Origin: Selaginella moellendorffii
Taxonomy: Eukaryota; Plantae; Lycopodiophyta
DNA length: 64,000 bases
NCBI RefSeq assembly: GCF_000143415.4
Contig: NW_003314351.1
Coordinates: 442,964-506,963, forward strand
Reading direction: 5' to 3'
Part shown: positions 48,735 to 60,798 of the stretch, piece by piece
Layout: every line of letters begins with the position of its first letter
Position numbering within the stretch: position 1 is the stretch's first letter
Translations under genes and position numbers: made by a program
Notes under the pieces: generated by a model
Seen by the model: only the letters and a program-made list of their open reading frames with translations
Database searches by the model: none
What the model was told of the DNA's origin: nothing

Positions 48735-50987
48735 ATGGCTCTACCGCCCAAGAGCTCCCGGCTGGTGGATGTTGATCTCGAGGTGCTCGAGGACAACCCA
48801 GGTAAGGCTACGTATGCATCGCTTCTCCGGCAATGTGGGCGCTCCAGGGCGCTGTGGGCGGGCAAACAGGTTCACTCGCACATGATAGCGAGGGGGCTGG
48901 ACAGAGACAAGGTGCTGGGTGATATCCTCGTCCAAATGTATGGAAAGTGTCGTAGCCTCGGCGACGCAAGGGATGCCTTTGAGCGGCTGGCATACAGAGA
49001 CGTCTACTCGTGGAGCATCATCATCGCAGCATTCGCCCAGAATGGGGATATTGATATGGCACTTGGGCTATACGAGCGGATGCAAGAGGAGGGCGTGCAG
49101 CCCGATATGTTCGTCTACTCAAGCGTTGTGGGAGCCTACTGTGCAGTGGGCGATCTCCAGCGAGGGCAAGAGATCCACAGGAGAATCGTCGACAGTGGAA
49201 TGACTCCAGATGTTGTGGTGCACAACTCGCTCGTTAACTTGTATGCCAAGTGCGGCCGCATCGATGACGCCAGGAGTCTGTTTGATGGGATGCAAGTGAA
49301 GAGCCTCGCCTCCTGGAACGCAATGATCGCCGGATATGCACACCTGGACCTCGGGGACGAGGCCTTTGATCTCTTTCGCTGCATTGACCTCGAGGGCCTG
49401 GGTCCGGACATGTTGACGTTCATCAACTTGCTGGGGGCGTGCTCCACTCCGGAGTTTGTAGACGCCGGAAGAAATATTCATGCTCGGGTGGCGGCTCTGG
49501 GCTTGGATTCTAACCTTGTGCTTGCCACTGCGCTGCTCGACATGTACGCGAAATGCGGGAGCATCGAGGGTGCCAGGAGTGTGTTTGCAAGCATGGCTGA
49601 CAACAAGAACCAAGTATCTTGGAACGCCATGATCGCGGCACGGGTTGAGTATGGCCACCCTGACGAGGCCATGTATCTCTACCACCAGATGCATCTCCAA
49701 GGCTTGAAGCCAAACGCTTTCACGTCGGCCAGCGTCCTTGGTGCTTGCGTCTGCGTGGAGCAGGGCATGCAGATCCATTCCTGGGCAATGTCGTGCGGAT
49801 TCGAAGACGATCCGGTGGTGAGGACTGCGCTGGTGAACATGTACTCCAAGTTTGGAAGGCTGGAAGAAGCGGCAAAGGTCTTTGCCGACGGGCAGGGCTT
49901 CCAAAACGATCCTGTTGCGTGGAACGCGATGATCACCGCCTACACGGAGGCCTGGCTCCCCAGCGAGGCACTCGGCCTGTTTGACGAGATGCGAGAGCGA
50001 TCAATAGCGCAGGATGCGGGGACGCTGATTGCCGCTGCAAATGCGTGCTCAGTCCTGGGGGACTTGTCGGCTGCTAGAGCCGTCCATTCCGCTGCGCGAC
50101 GCAGCGGCCATGACTCCATCGTGCTGCAGAACTCGATCATCAACATGTATGCTCGATGCGGGAGCTTGGACGAGGCGCGAGCCTGTTTCGACAGCATGCC
50201 GCGGCGGAGTGTGGTGTCGTGGAACGTGTTGATGAGCGGCTACGTGGAGCAGCAGCAAGGCGAGGAGTCACTCAAGCTCGTCCGGTGCATGGACTGGCAG
50301 GGCATCCATCCCAACGCCTTCACCTTCAGCTGCGTCGCCACCGCTTGTTCGTTGCTCAAGGACCTCCGGGCGGGGCGGGCGGCTCACTCCCGGATCGTTG
50401 CCAGCGGCTTCGACACCGACAGGGTGGTGGTGACGGCGCTGATGGACATGTACGGGAGGTGCGGGAGCGTGGAGGCGGCGAGGAGGACGTTCGACGACAT
50501 GAGGCGGCGGTGCTCGACTCGAGTGGACGTGGTGTCGTGGAACGCCATGATGGGGCTCTACTCGCATCACGGGCAGCCGCGGGAGGCGCTGGAGCTGTTT
50601 GGCGAGATGGGCTTGGCGGGGGAGGCGGGCAACGAGGTGAGCCTTACGCTGGTGTTGCATGCGTGCACCCATGCCGGCCTGGTGGCGGATGCGGTCGAGG
50701 CGCTGGCGCGCGGGGTGGAGGCGGGCATAGTGCCCAGCCGGGAGCACTACGCGTGTGTTGTGGACGTTTTGGCACGGGCGGGGAAGCTGGAGGTGGCGGA
50801 GGAGGTGATGAACAACATGCCCGTGGAGCCGGGCATTGGGGCGTGGAAGTGCCTGCTGGGGGCGTGCGCCGTGCACGGAGACGCGGGGAGGGGATCCAGC
50901 GCCGCGCAGCATGTGGTGGAGATGCAGCCCACCAATGCGGCGCCCTATGTGCTGCTCTCCAACATCGCCAAAGCTCCAAAGCCCTAA
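48735..50987 (+). CDS. Intronless PLS-class PPR protein with truncated E domain
   Basis: 750-aa ORF with P-L-S triplets (MYAKCGS, SWNAMI), HYACVVDVLARAG, WKCLLGAC and APYVLLSNI followed by a stop; no DYW. Confidence 0.93.
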   Translation: MALPPKSSRLVDVDLEVLEDNPGKATYASLLRQCGRSRALWAGKQVHSHMIARGLDRDKVLGDILVQMYGKCRSLGDARDAFERLAYRDVYSWSIIIAAFAQNGDIDMALGLYERMQEEGVQPDMFVYSSVVGAYCAVGDLQRGQEIHRRIVDSGMTPDVVVHNSLVNLYAKCGRIDDARSLFDGMQVKSLASWNAMIAGYAHLDLGDEAFDLFRCIDLEGLGPDMLTFINLLGACSTPEFVDAGRNIHARVAALGLDSNLVLATALLDMYAKCGSIEGARSVFASMADNKNQVSWNAMIAARVEYGHPDEAMYLYHQMHLQGLKPNAFTSASVLGACVCVEQGMQIHSWAMSCGFEDDPVVRTALVNMYSKFGRLEEAAKVFADGQGFQNDPVAWNAMITAYTEAWLPSEALGLFDEMRERSIAQDAGTLIAAANACSVLGDLSAARAVHSAARRSGHDSIVLQNSIINMYARCGSLDEARACFDSMPRRSVVSWNVLMSGYVEQQQGEESLKLVRCMDWQGIHPNAFTFSCVATACSLLKDLRAGRAAHSRIVASGFDTDRVVVTALMDMYGRCGSVEAARRTFDDMRRRCSTRVDVVSWNAMMGLYSHHGQPREALELFGEMGLAGEAGNEVSLTLVLHACTHAGLVADAVEALARGVEAGIVPSREHYACVVDVLARAGKLEVAEEVMNNMPVEPGIGAWKCLLGACAVHGDAGRGSSAAQHVVEMQPTNAAPYVLLSNIAKAPKP

Positions 50988-50997
50988 CCTGTGGGCG

Positions 50998-52146
50998 ATG
51001 GCAGACGGCGCGGACGACGATTTGGAGCCGCTGTTTGATTACCGCCGCGAGCAAGCAGGCCGCGACGAGAGTGAGTGTCGCCCATCTCCTGCTCTTCTTC
51101 GTTTCACTTTGGTGCGTTGTTTGCAGGCAGCGATCAAGAAGAAGAGCCCGAGCACGACAACATGAGGTTGTCTTCAGCCAACTTTACGGTGCGGCAGGCA
51201 ACCGCGTCGCCTGCCACGACACAGCAGCAGCAGCAGCAGCAGCAGCTGACGCAACGGCAGCGTGTAGTGGAGGAGGACAGGGAGTGGGATAGGAGTTGGT
51301 TACCTCCGCCGCCCAAGCTGACCAAGAAGGTGACAGCCACCACAAGTTTCCACGGCGTCAGGTTCGTGATTTTGTTTATTTCTGGATACATGTTCGAGAC
51401 GGATGCCTGCCTTCAGCTCGCTTCTGAGAGCCAAGCAAGCGGAGCTGCTGTCCCTGTCGCAAAAGGCCTGCGAGGACATTGACGAGCTGGACCGGCGAGC
51501 CAAAGCTTACACTCCTGCGCAAGCCGCGGACAAGATCGTGGTTAGAGTCCAAGATAGTTCCGGTGGCATTCAGTGTATTCGCATGGGAATGGTGGGTGGC
51601 GACAGGAATAGTTTTCTCTCTTGCGCAACTTAATCCATTTTTGTATTCCAGGATGATAGGCTCGACAAGCTGTTTGATGCATATTCCACTGCCGCAAAGG
51701 TGTCCGTGTCGGGCTTGGTCTTTTGTTTCGATGGCGAGCAAGTACAGGGGAGTGCAACGCCAAGAAGCATGAATCTGGAAAACGAGGACATGTTGGAGGT
51801 GTCCGGGCAATCATGCTCGCGGGACAACAGCGACCACAACTCACAGCGACAGCAACAACAACAACAACACAAGATCGTGCTCAAAGTTCAGGACAAGTCG
51901 GGCGGGATTCACTCCTTCCGTATGGGAATGGTGAGGTGTTTTTTTTTTACTGCTGTACCCATTCATAACTTTTGCTTCCAGGATGACAGATTTGAGAGGC
52001 TGTTTGCTGCGTATGCAAGCACCACAAAGACATCCAAATCGAACTTGGTGTTCCGTTTTGACGGGGAACAGTTGCAAGGCAATGCCACTCCCAAGAGCCT
52101 GGATATGGAGGACGATGACTCAATCGAGGTGTTCGTCAGGTCTTAA
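50998..52146 (+). CDS. NIP45/Rad60/Esc2 (RENi)-like protein with two SUMO-like domains, multi-exon
   Basis: N-terminal DLEPLFDYRR and WLPPPPK motifs of the plant family; two KIV..VQD.SG....RM..DDR...LF.AY......LVF.FDGEQ.....TP.S...E..D..EV domains without a terminal di-Gly. Confidence 0.85.
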
Positions 52147-53008
52147 AAAACGTGTAAAAGGTAGAAAAGGGAAATCAGCAGCACGTTAGGCGTGTCCAAA
52201 GGAGGTAACATCTTGTTTGTTCACTCACAGGCTACTTTTCGTGGTGCTCTGTTAGTGGGATGGGATTTGGGATTCCTCGTGCGTTGATCGTCAAATCCCT
52301 TCGCTTCCTTCCACCTGTGTGGATCCCGTGCATGCTACTTGTGCGTGGTGCTTGGTGACAAAGTCGTGATAGTTGCACCAAAACTAAAGGTGAATCACTT
52401 GGAGCACTGCGCACGACGAAAGGGACGGACAGCATAGAAAGGACATGGACAAGGAACGCCCCAGCTCCAATTTTTGACAAAGCTGCTGTACCGAATGAAG
52501 TGAATCGAATCAAGGAGAATCGTTTTTCGCTGGTGTAAGTTGGTGGGGAGGCAACTAACTCTCTAATAATCGCTACGTAAACTCGTACGACTTGAATGCA
52601 AAGCAGACAAGCATCTCTTGCTAGAAAGCCTTGTCTATATCCCATGCCCATTTACACCACTTTGCTTTATTTTGCTAACAACGGAGGTGCGTCCATGCTT
52701 TGCGGCAGTACGGCAGGTGATGGATGGGGGGAGAGAGAGAGAGAGAGAGAGGCGTTTCACAAATGCCGCCGGTGCCGACAGAGAGCGAGAGGGCGAGAGG
52801 GCGATGGGAGGGCAAGGAGTATTTGTGACCTGCCAGTCGAAACTAGCAAGCAAGCAAGCAGCAGCAAGAAAGCGGTTTCTTCTGCTTCTCTCGGTCACGC
52901 CATATCGCTTGCGAATATAAATATGTTGTTCCTTTTGCATTTACTAGGTAGCATGAAGTAGGCATTTTGTTTTGCTAGAGCTAGCTAGCTAGCAACGAGA
53001 GCTACACC

Positions 53009-54750
53009 ATGGCGGTGCTGGGGCTCTCGTCTCAGATCAGGGGCGCGGAAGATGACGCCAGGAAAAGAGAGAGCGGCAGGGGCCACGGTCGCAAGCTGTC
53101 GGGCGTCTTGTCCTCCTTCCTGGATGCATTCCGCTGCCATGTCGCACACGCGGGCGTGTGCAGCGCCGCCACCAACAAGGAGCAAGACACGAGCAAGAGC
53201 AAGGCCAAGCCCAGGCTCAAGCTTCTCCTGCAGCAGCAGCAGCAGCAGCGGGCGGAGGACAATAGGGAGCACGACAAAGCATCAGCATCGATATCCGAGG
53301 TATGTGAGCGACTCAAGGCCCATGACGACGACGACGACGACGACAACAAGGCCAAGGTGGTTGTGAGCCCGAGAGATCATGGGGGGCCCAACAACATCAA
53401 GGCCCCGTCCGGCTCCGGAGGAGGATCCTTCGGGAGGAGATTGGATCTGCGGTGGCTGGTCGACGGCGTGAAGAGCGGGCGGAAAGAGGACGAGCGGTTG
53501 AGAGCGGCCACAGAAATGCGGAGGATGAGCCGTGACAGCGCAGAAAACAGGGTGGTGCTGGCGGAGCTGGGCGTGATTCCCTCGCTGGTGGACCTCTTAA
53601 CCATCTCCGCTGTCTCCGCTTGCAAGCAGCCTCTGCTGGCGCTGCTCAACCTCGCCATCGGAAACAGCAGGTACCTAGTGGTGGTGATCGCAGCCAATGA
53701 GATTAAGCTTTTGATTCGCGCGTGCGCAGGAACAAGCAGTGGATCGTCGAGGCCGGAGCGGTGCCAATCCTGGTCCGGATTCTATCCAGCGCTACCTCGG
53801 CTGCGGACGTTGTCGAGAGCGCCATAGCTGCTCTACTCTCGCTGTCAGCCCTGGATTCCAACAAGCCCATCATAGGCCACTCGGGTGCATCCCAGCAGCT
53901 GGTGCGGATCGTCCGCACCAAGAGCAGCAGCAGCATCATCAAGGATTCCACCCGCGTCTTGTACAACCTCTCCATTTCTTCCGCAAATGTTGGGCGTATG
54001 GTGGCGGATGGTGCAGCCGACGCCCTCCTCAACCTCCTCAACACGGACGCCGATAGCGACCCGCTGGTTGCCGACAGGATCCTGGCCACGCTGGGCAATC
54101 TGGCGGAGCTCTCAGAAGAGGCACGCAAATGCCTCACCTCCTCCGCTGCCATCGCCAAGCTCCTCACGGCGCTCGCATCCTACACCGCAACCATGGAAGA
54201 AACGTCATCTTCGTCGTCGTCGTCGGCGTCGGCTTCGTCCGGCTCGGAAGAGGACTCCCAAGTATATTCGAAGCATCTTGGCCCTGCCGCCACGGTCGCA
54301 CGGTGCCAGGAGCGAGTCCTCTACGTGCTCATGCTGCTCACTCACCACAGCTGGCCTGCTCGCCAGGCCATGGTGAGCGCTGGTGCTGTCACTCCACTCC
54401 TGGAGGTGGCACTGCTGGGCACGGCCATCGCGCAGAGGAGGGCGGCACGGATCCTCGACTGCCTGAGGGAGGAGCGCTTCCAGCGAAATGCCAGGCCAAT
54501 GTCGGCACCACTCGCGCTCCCGCTCGCAGCTTCGTCCAGGATGGTCCAGGCCCCAAAGCATGCAGTGTGCGAGGAGCGAAGGGCCGTCAACTGGATGGTG
54601 AAGCAGAGCTTGGAGAGGAATATGGAGAAGATGGTGCGCCGCGCCAGGCTTCCTTCCGAGGATCTAGACGCCAGCAGCAGGATGACAATAAGCAGTAAGC
54701 TCAACAGGAGCTTTGGCAGCAGTTCCAGCTCCAAGGCGATGCTTGTCTGA
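53009..54750 (+). CDS. Armadillo-repeat protein (PUB-like, no U-box), two exons
   Basis: LAELGVIPSLVDLL, ALLNLAIGN|.NKQWIVEAGAVPILV, LLSLSALDSNKPIIG, LYNLS, LLEVALLGT.IAQRRAARIL, VKQSL..NM.K.VRRA.L. Confidence 0.88.
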
Positions 54751-54775
54751 TAGATTTTTGTACATAAAGGAGGAG

Positions 54776-57700
54776 CTACTTGGCCGGCGATGATAGATGC
54801 AGCTTCACCAGCGAGGCATAAGCTCCATTCGGCTTGCTCATGAGCTGGGAATGGCTCCCTCGCTCCACAATCACCCCGTTGTTCACAACGGCGATCACGT
54901 CCACGCCAACAATTGTTGACAGCCGGTGCGCAACAATTAGCGTTGTCTTGCCAACCATGATCCTGTCCAATGCCTCCTGGACAACGCTCTCAGATTCCGC
55001 ATCCAAGGCACTGGTTGCCTCGTCCAGCAGCAGAATCCTGGGCTCCTTGGCCACGGCTCTGGCGATGGCAACTCGCTGCTTCTGTCCCCCAGACAACTGC
55101 ATGCCGCGGTCGCCAACCTGAGTGTTGTAGCCGTCGGGTAAGGCCGAGATGAACTTGTGAGCGTTTGCGGTCGTTGCTGCGGCCTCGATTTCCTCCTCCG
55201 CCACCCTCCCCTCTCTTGCATACGCAATGTTGGACCGTATGGTGCCGCTGAACAGAATTGGTTCTTGGCTCACCAGTCCAATGTGTTGGCGTAGCCACCT
55301 CAGGCTCATCGTTTTGATGTTGATCCCGTCGATGAGTATCTCGCCGCTATCAGGATCGTAGAATCTTTCCAAGAGAGCGATGACAGTTGACTTCCCGCTC
55401 CCACTTTCCCCTACCAGGGCCATTGTCTGTGGGAAAACATAAACAAAGTCACAAAAGAAGATGCGCTTCGGGTACCTTTCCAGCTTCCAGTGAGAAGCAC
55501 ATGTCACGAAACACTTGCGCATCAGGACGTGACGGGTATCTGAAGCTCACATGCCGGAACTCGATGTCGCCCTTCATTCCTTCCAGCGCCTTGCCTTCGG
55601 CGTTGAAGGGATCAATCTTAGACTTCCTGTCAAGGGTTGCAAAAATTGATCTGACCGAGGCCTTCACTTTGACCAGATCAGGAGCCAATGTCACGGCCTG
55701 AGAAACTCCCAAAGCACTCATTGTGATAGCAAAAAACACCTGTTGCAAAGCACCGCACGGTTATAGCAGCCCGTCAAGGCCAAGCAAAAGCAATGTCGCC
55801 CACCCGGAAAACTTTCTGAAACGTCGTCTTTCCTTCCTCCACTAGACGAGCTCCGTACCAGAAACTGAGTGCATACGAGCCATAGAGTACGAAGTTTGAA
55901 AAACCAAGCGCAGCTCCACTCACCATCCCGTTCCGTATCCCACTCTTGGACGTAACTTCACACTTTTGCATGTAAAGCCTGACCATCTTTTGCTCCATGC
56001 AATACGACGCCACTGTGCGGATGCTACTAACAGCATCGTTTGCAACTTTGGTTGCATCTTGATATGTTTCCTGCCACAAATCCACAGTGACGTGAGGGCC
56101 ACTGCCACATTATATCACACTCACCTTTGCGTTCTTGCTGAAACCAGTCATCATCTTCGTCTGTGTTGCGCCCTGAAGGGCAAGTAGAGGGACCAATGCA
56201 AGGATTAGCAGAGCCAGCGTCCAGTTTGCAGCGAAGGCGATTATCAACCCGGTAACAATGGTTGCAACATTCTGAACAGCCAACGACATGGAGTCTCCGA
56301 CCAGGCTACGGACGTAAGCTGCGTCGGTTGATAAACGAGCACTGATAGCTCCACTGGGCAAATGCAGCAAGCCACGTAAATAGAGAGAACTCTAGCAGAA
56401 AAAGAGCCCACCTGGAGTTGCTGGGATCGTCGAACCAGCCGATATCCTGGCGAACAACCGCACCAAACGACTGCCTCCTGATGCGTCGAATCAAGCGCTG
56501 GCCAATTAACCCGAAAGACGCGATCTGTGCCGGAACAACAATCAAACATGCCGCTGCCAGAGCCGTGAAAATGGCCGACCAGAAATCCACATCCTTTCGT
56601 AGCTTGTGCCTGCTCGTCTCGAAAAACGTCCCGATCATGTTGGACAGAAGCAGCCCAAAGAGTGGAAATAGCACACCGTGTCCAGCGGCGGCTAGCCCAC
56701 CGGCAACGGCCAGCGGTGCCTCGGGCTTGTTCAAGGCTGCGAGACGAAGAAATGCCTGCGTCAATTGTGGTTTCTCTTCCTCGCTCTTATTGTTGGCATT
56801 GTTATTGGCATTCTCCTCGATGGCCGACCTTGCAGCAGCACTAAAGCTTCTCAGAAGTCTGCTCCCAAACGAGCCGCGACTGCTGCTAGCCCTGCTTAGA
56901 GATCTTTGAGGGACGCTCTGCTCGACGACCTCGTCTGGGTCCACTTTGGCCAGGCTGTGCTTGGATCTCTCGTCATGTTGCTCTTGCAGGCGCACCAGCT
57001 GGGAGTAGGCGCCATCCGGTTTCTGTAGCAGCTCCGAGTGTGTGCCTGGTCACCGGGTGTAACATATAAACTATAGCTCCAAGGCCGATATAAATCTGAG
57101 CACTCACCTTTCTCAACCACGTTTCCTCGCTGAACCACAGCGATGCAGTTTGCGTTCTTGATGGTAGACAATCTATGGGCTACGATGACAGTTGTCCGGT
57201 GCACCATGATCCCGTCCAGAGCATCCTGGACAACCCTCTCCGACTCGGCATCCAGAGCACTGGTAGCTTCGTCAAGGAGAAGAATGCGAGGGTTCTTGAG
57301 GATAGCTCTGGCGATTGCGATCCTCTGCTTCTGACCTCCCGAAAGCTGTGTTCCATGATCTCCAACGTGCGTGCTGTAACCCTGCCAAAACACTTAACCG
57401 CAATCCTTAATGACCGGATTGAATTCTCACCTGAGGCATCTTGTCTATGAACTTGGAAGCGTTTGCAAGAGCGGCAGCGCGCTTGATTTCCTCGTCAGTG
57501 GCGCCATCTTTCCCATAGGATATATTGTCCTTGATAGAGGCACCAAAGAGTACCGGCTCCTGGCTTACGAGGCCAATTTGTTCTCGCAGCCATTTGACTT
57601 GCAGACGGCGTACGTCAATGCCGTCTAAAAGGACCGCCCCAGCCTGTGGATCATAGAACCTCTCGATTAAGCTGACAACAGTAGACTTGCCGCTACCGCT

Positions 57701-59128
57701 CTCCCCCACCAAAGCAGCGGTTATGCCGGATGGTATGGCCAGAGAGAAATTGTCAAAGACGGCTACCTCCGGGCGCGCGGGATATCTGAAGCTCACGCTG
57801 CGGAGCTCAATGTCACCAACCACCCGGTCGGGCGTTAGGCCACCCATGTCCGACGCATCGATACTAGGCTTCCTGTGGATGGCTTCAAACATCTTGCATG
57901 CCGCTGCCCTTCCCGCAGCAAACGCGCTGATACAAGGTGAAGCCTGGCCCAGGGACCTGCACGCCACCATTCCATGTCATCATAAGTATGAAATGCTGTT
58001 ATCTACTTACGATCCGCCCATGAGTACTGCGAAGATGACATTGAGGACGTCACCACCCGTGTAGCCTCGATGCAGTATCAGCTTTGATCCATACCACAGT
58101 GCAAATGCATAGCTGCCGAACACCACACACAGGAGAGCTCCCAGCCCGGCTCCGGCAACAACACTCTGCCGGACTCCAGCTCGGTACGCCTTGTCAAGCG
58201 CCTTGTCGTACTTGTCCACAGCCTGCTTTTCGCCACCAAAAGACGCAACCTACACGTACACATGTCCCGTGACATGAAAAGGGTGGCGGAATTGTACTCA
58301 CAGTTTTGATGCCACCGACAATCTGCTCCACGAGAGTTCCTGCCTCGGCATACGCCATCTGTCCTCTAGTTGCCATTCTGGACGTGAGAATGGCCATTGC
58401 ACCGCCAGTGGCGACGAGCAAAGGGATGACCGAGAGCAGGACGAGTGCCAAGCGCCAGCCCTTGACAAATGCAATGACGAAGCCACCCAAGAAGGTTGTG
58501 CTAAGCTGGATGAACTTCCCAACCTGAAGTGCATAAATTTGCATGACATAATGTTGCAGATCAAACCCACCTTTTCCCCCATGGCCTCTTGGATGAGGAT
58601 GGTGTCACCAGACATCCGGCTCATCACCTCGCCTGTGTTGGTCTCCGTGTCAAAGAATGGGATGTCCTGCCGCAAAATGGCCTTGAGATACAGGCTCCTG
58701 ATACGAGCTGCTTGCCGCTCTCCCGTGCACATCCAACAGCACAGCTCTGCATTAGCACACCATCCATCTGTTAGGAGCAGTGCAGGTCGTCCAAGCGAGC
58801 ACGTTACCCAGGAGAGCCGCAATAGCAGATCCACAGCCAAGGTAAAGGAAACGCAGCGCCACCTGACAAAAACGATAGAGTGTGCTCCGCTAAGGGTTGG
58901 AAAACGTACCCGAGACACGGTGTCCACAACTTGGCTCGTGTTTCCTGCCGATTCCCCGAAAGCGTTTGTCAGTTGGCCAAAGATGATGGTCATGAGTGGC
59001 ATTGCGATCCCGTTCCCCACGGCGCCAAAGGATCCCAGGAGCATGAGGAACAAATCCAAGCCGTCTGCGAAGCTAAAGAGCTTGTAGAATGCAACGCTAC
59101 GGTCGCCCGCCTTCTTTGGATGATCCAT
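54776..59128 (-). CDS. ABCB: Second full-length ABCB transporter, paralog of 6085-10613
   Basis: Same domain order and motifs ([28 protein letters not shown] x2, LSGGQKQR x2) and matching intron positions. Confidence 0.95.
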
Positions 59129-59366
59129 CTCGGGCAGGGAGTTGCCCTACAAGCAGACACGGGAGGAGATATAAAAGGCACCACGCGTGCGTTGTGTTTC
59201 GGAAAGCGTCCATCCGGGTCAAAGAGAAACACATATGATACATATAACTTCTACAGCGTGATCTTTTAATTTAACAAGAACTCCCGTGCCGGAGACGTGG
59301 CTAAAGACCTCTCCTCCAATCAACCAAGGGTGCCTAGGTCGAATTTAGATATTTGAGTGCGGGGGG

Positions 59367-60766
59367 ATGCCTTTGTGCGTGAGCTGCGACCTCGGCCGCG
59401 GATGGCTGGGCGTGCCCGATGTGAGCTCGGTTGCGGTGGACAGGGAGAGGGTTCCGGTCCCAAAGCTCAAGAAGCAGCGGGGCCAATGGTCCAATGGCAC
59501 TGCGCCGGGCGAGTACGGTGGCCCTCCCTTGAGCTTGGAGCCCCTCAGAATGTGGGGGAAGCCGCGCCTCCATCCGCTGGAAACCAAGGACGAGTTTATC
59601 TGGAACATCGAGTGGAGGCCATTCTTCGATAGAGAGCAAGCTGCCGAGGAGATTGTTGCTGAGGTACGCTTAGGAATTGCACATTGTTGCTCCTACTTTG
59701 ATATTCATCAGGAAGCCGAGTCAAGCTCCGGATTCATCAGCTTCAACAGGGTCGCGGAGATTAACCGGTGACACCACTTTTCCCCTTGGCTTAGTGTTGT
59801 GTACAAAGGCAACCAACTACCATTGCAGTGTAGATGTTGACTTAACCAAGGAGCTTGTCCACACAACACCAACACCACCACCGTCACCAGCAGCAGCAGG
59901 AGCAGCAGCAACCGCCAATGGTCATCGCTGGCGTTTTGCCCCGACTCGTAACGAGCGGAGGCAATGGGACCGAGCTAGGAAGGCCTCAGTTGAGCGGATT
60001 CCGTGTCTTGTACGAGCTTGTGTCTCACTGTTAGGCATTCCCATTGTTGCAGGAGACGCTGAGGAGCGAGAGGGATTCCGTCGCAACAGCGACATCCTCG
60101 TCGAGGCAGCGAGAAAGGGAGAGATACAAGCGGGTACGTAGTAGTTCATCTTGCGCCGGCCACCTTTGAAATCTCACCTAGAGCTGCGTGTTGCAATCCA
60201 CAGCTCAAGTCAGGCCTGCAGGTGCTTACAGTGGGCATTGGCGGCGCAGGAACAGTGTGTGCGTACGTAGCCTACTCGCCCACCGTTGCACTGAGGTAGG
60301 GACTTAGTTGACTGTAATCGCCAGACGCTGAGACGATGTGCAACCAGCTACGGGATTGGACTGGCGGGTTCCCTGGCATATGTCCGAATGCTGGGGAACA
60401 GCGTGGATGCATTCGGCAGCCAAGACGTCAAAGGAGCTGCGAGGTGAGAGGACTGGATCGACGCGTGAGCAGAGCTGATTTTCCCCGATGGTGTCATGTG
60501 CAGGGGTGCTGTGGGTCAGCCGAGGCTTCTGGTGCCCGTCATCCTCACCATGATCTTCAACCGCTGGAACGAGTAGGATAGTCCTTACCTCGACGTACGC
60601 TCATGTGTCCTTGTTGGTGTTGTACAGGCTGCTGGCCCCGGAGTTGGGAGTGGCGGAGTTGCAGCTCATTCCTATGCTGGTGGGCTTCTTCACGTACAAG
60701 ATCGCCACCATGGCGCAGGTCGTCCAGGATGCGCTCCCGCAAGAAAGCCGGGATAAACTCGAGTGA
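59367..60766 (+). CDS. CGL160: CGL160, chloroplast ATP synthase assembly factor (Atp1/UncI-like C-terminus), multi-exon
   Basis: WSNGTAPGEYGGPP, EFIWN, SSGFISFNRV...VDVDLTKEL, WRFAPTR.E..QWDRA.KA, SYGIGLAGSLAYVRMLGNSVD, QPRLLVPV.L.MIFNRWN, LIPMLVGFFTYKIAT. Confidence 0.88.
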
Positions 60767-60798
60767 GGGTGTTTAGGGTTGCTGGAGGGAGGGGGAGG

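Noticed and set aside
50156-51292. 378-aa alternative-frame ORF bridging the PPR and NIP45-like genes, and similar antisense ORFs over GC-rich exons
   Set aside because: Gly/Ala/Arg-rich shadow ORFs expected in GC-rich coding DNA, with no recognisable motifs.
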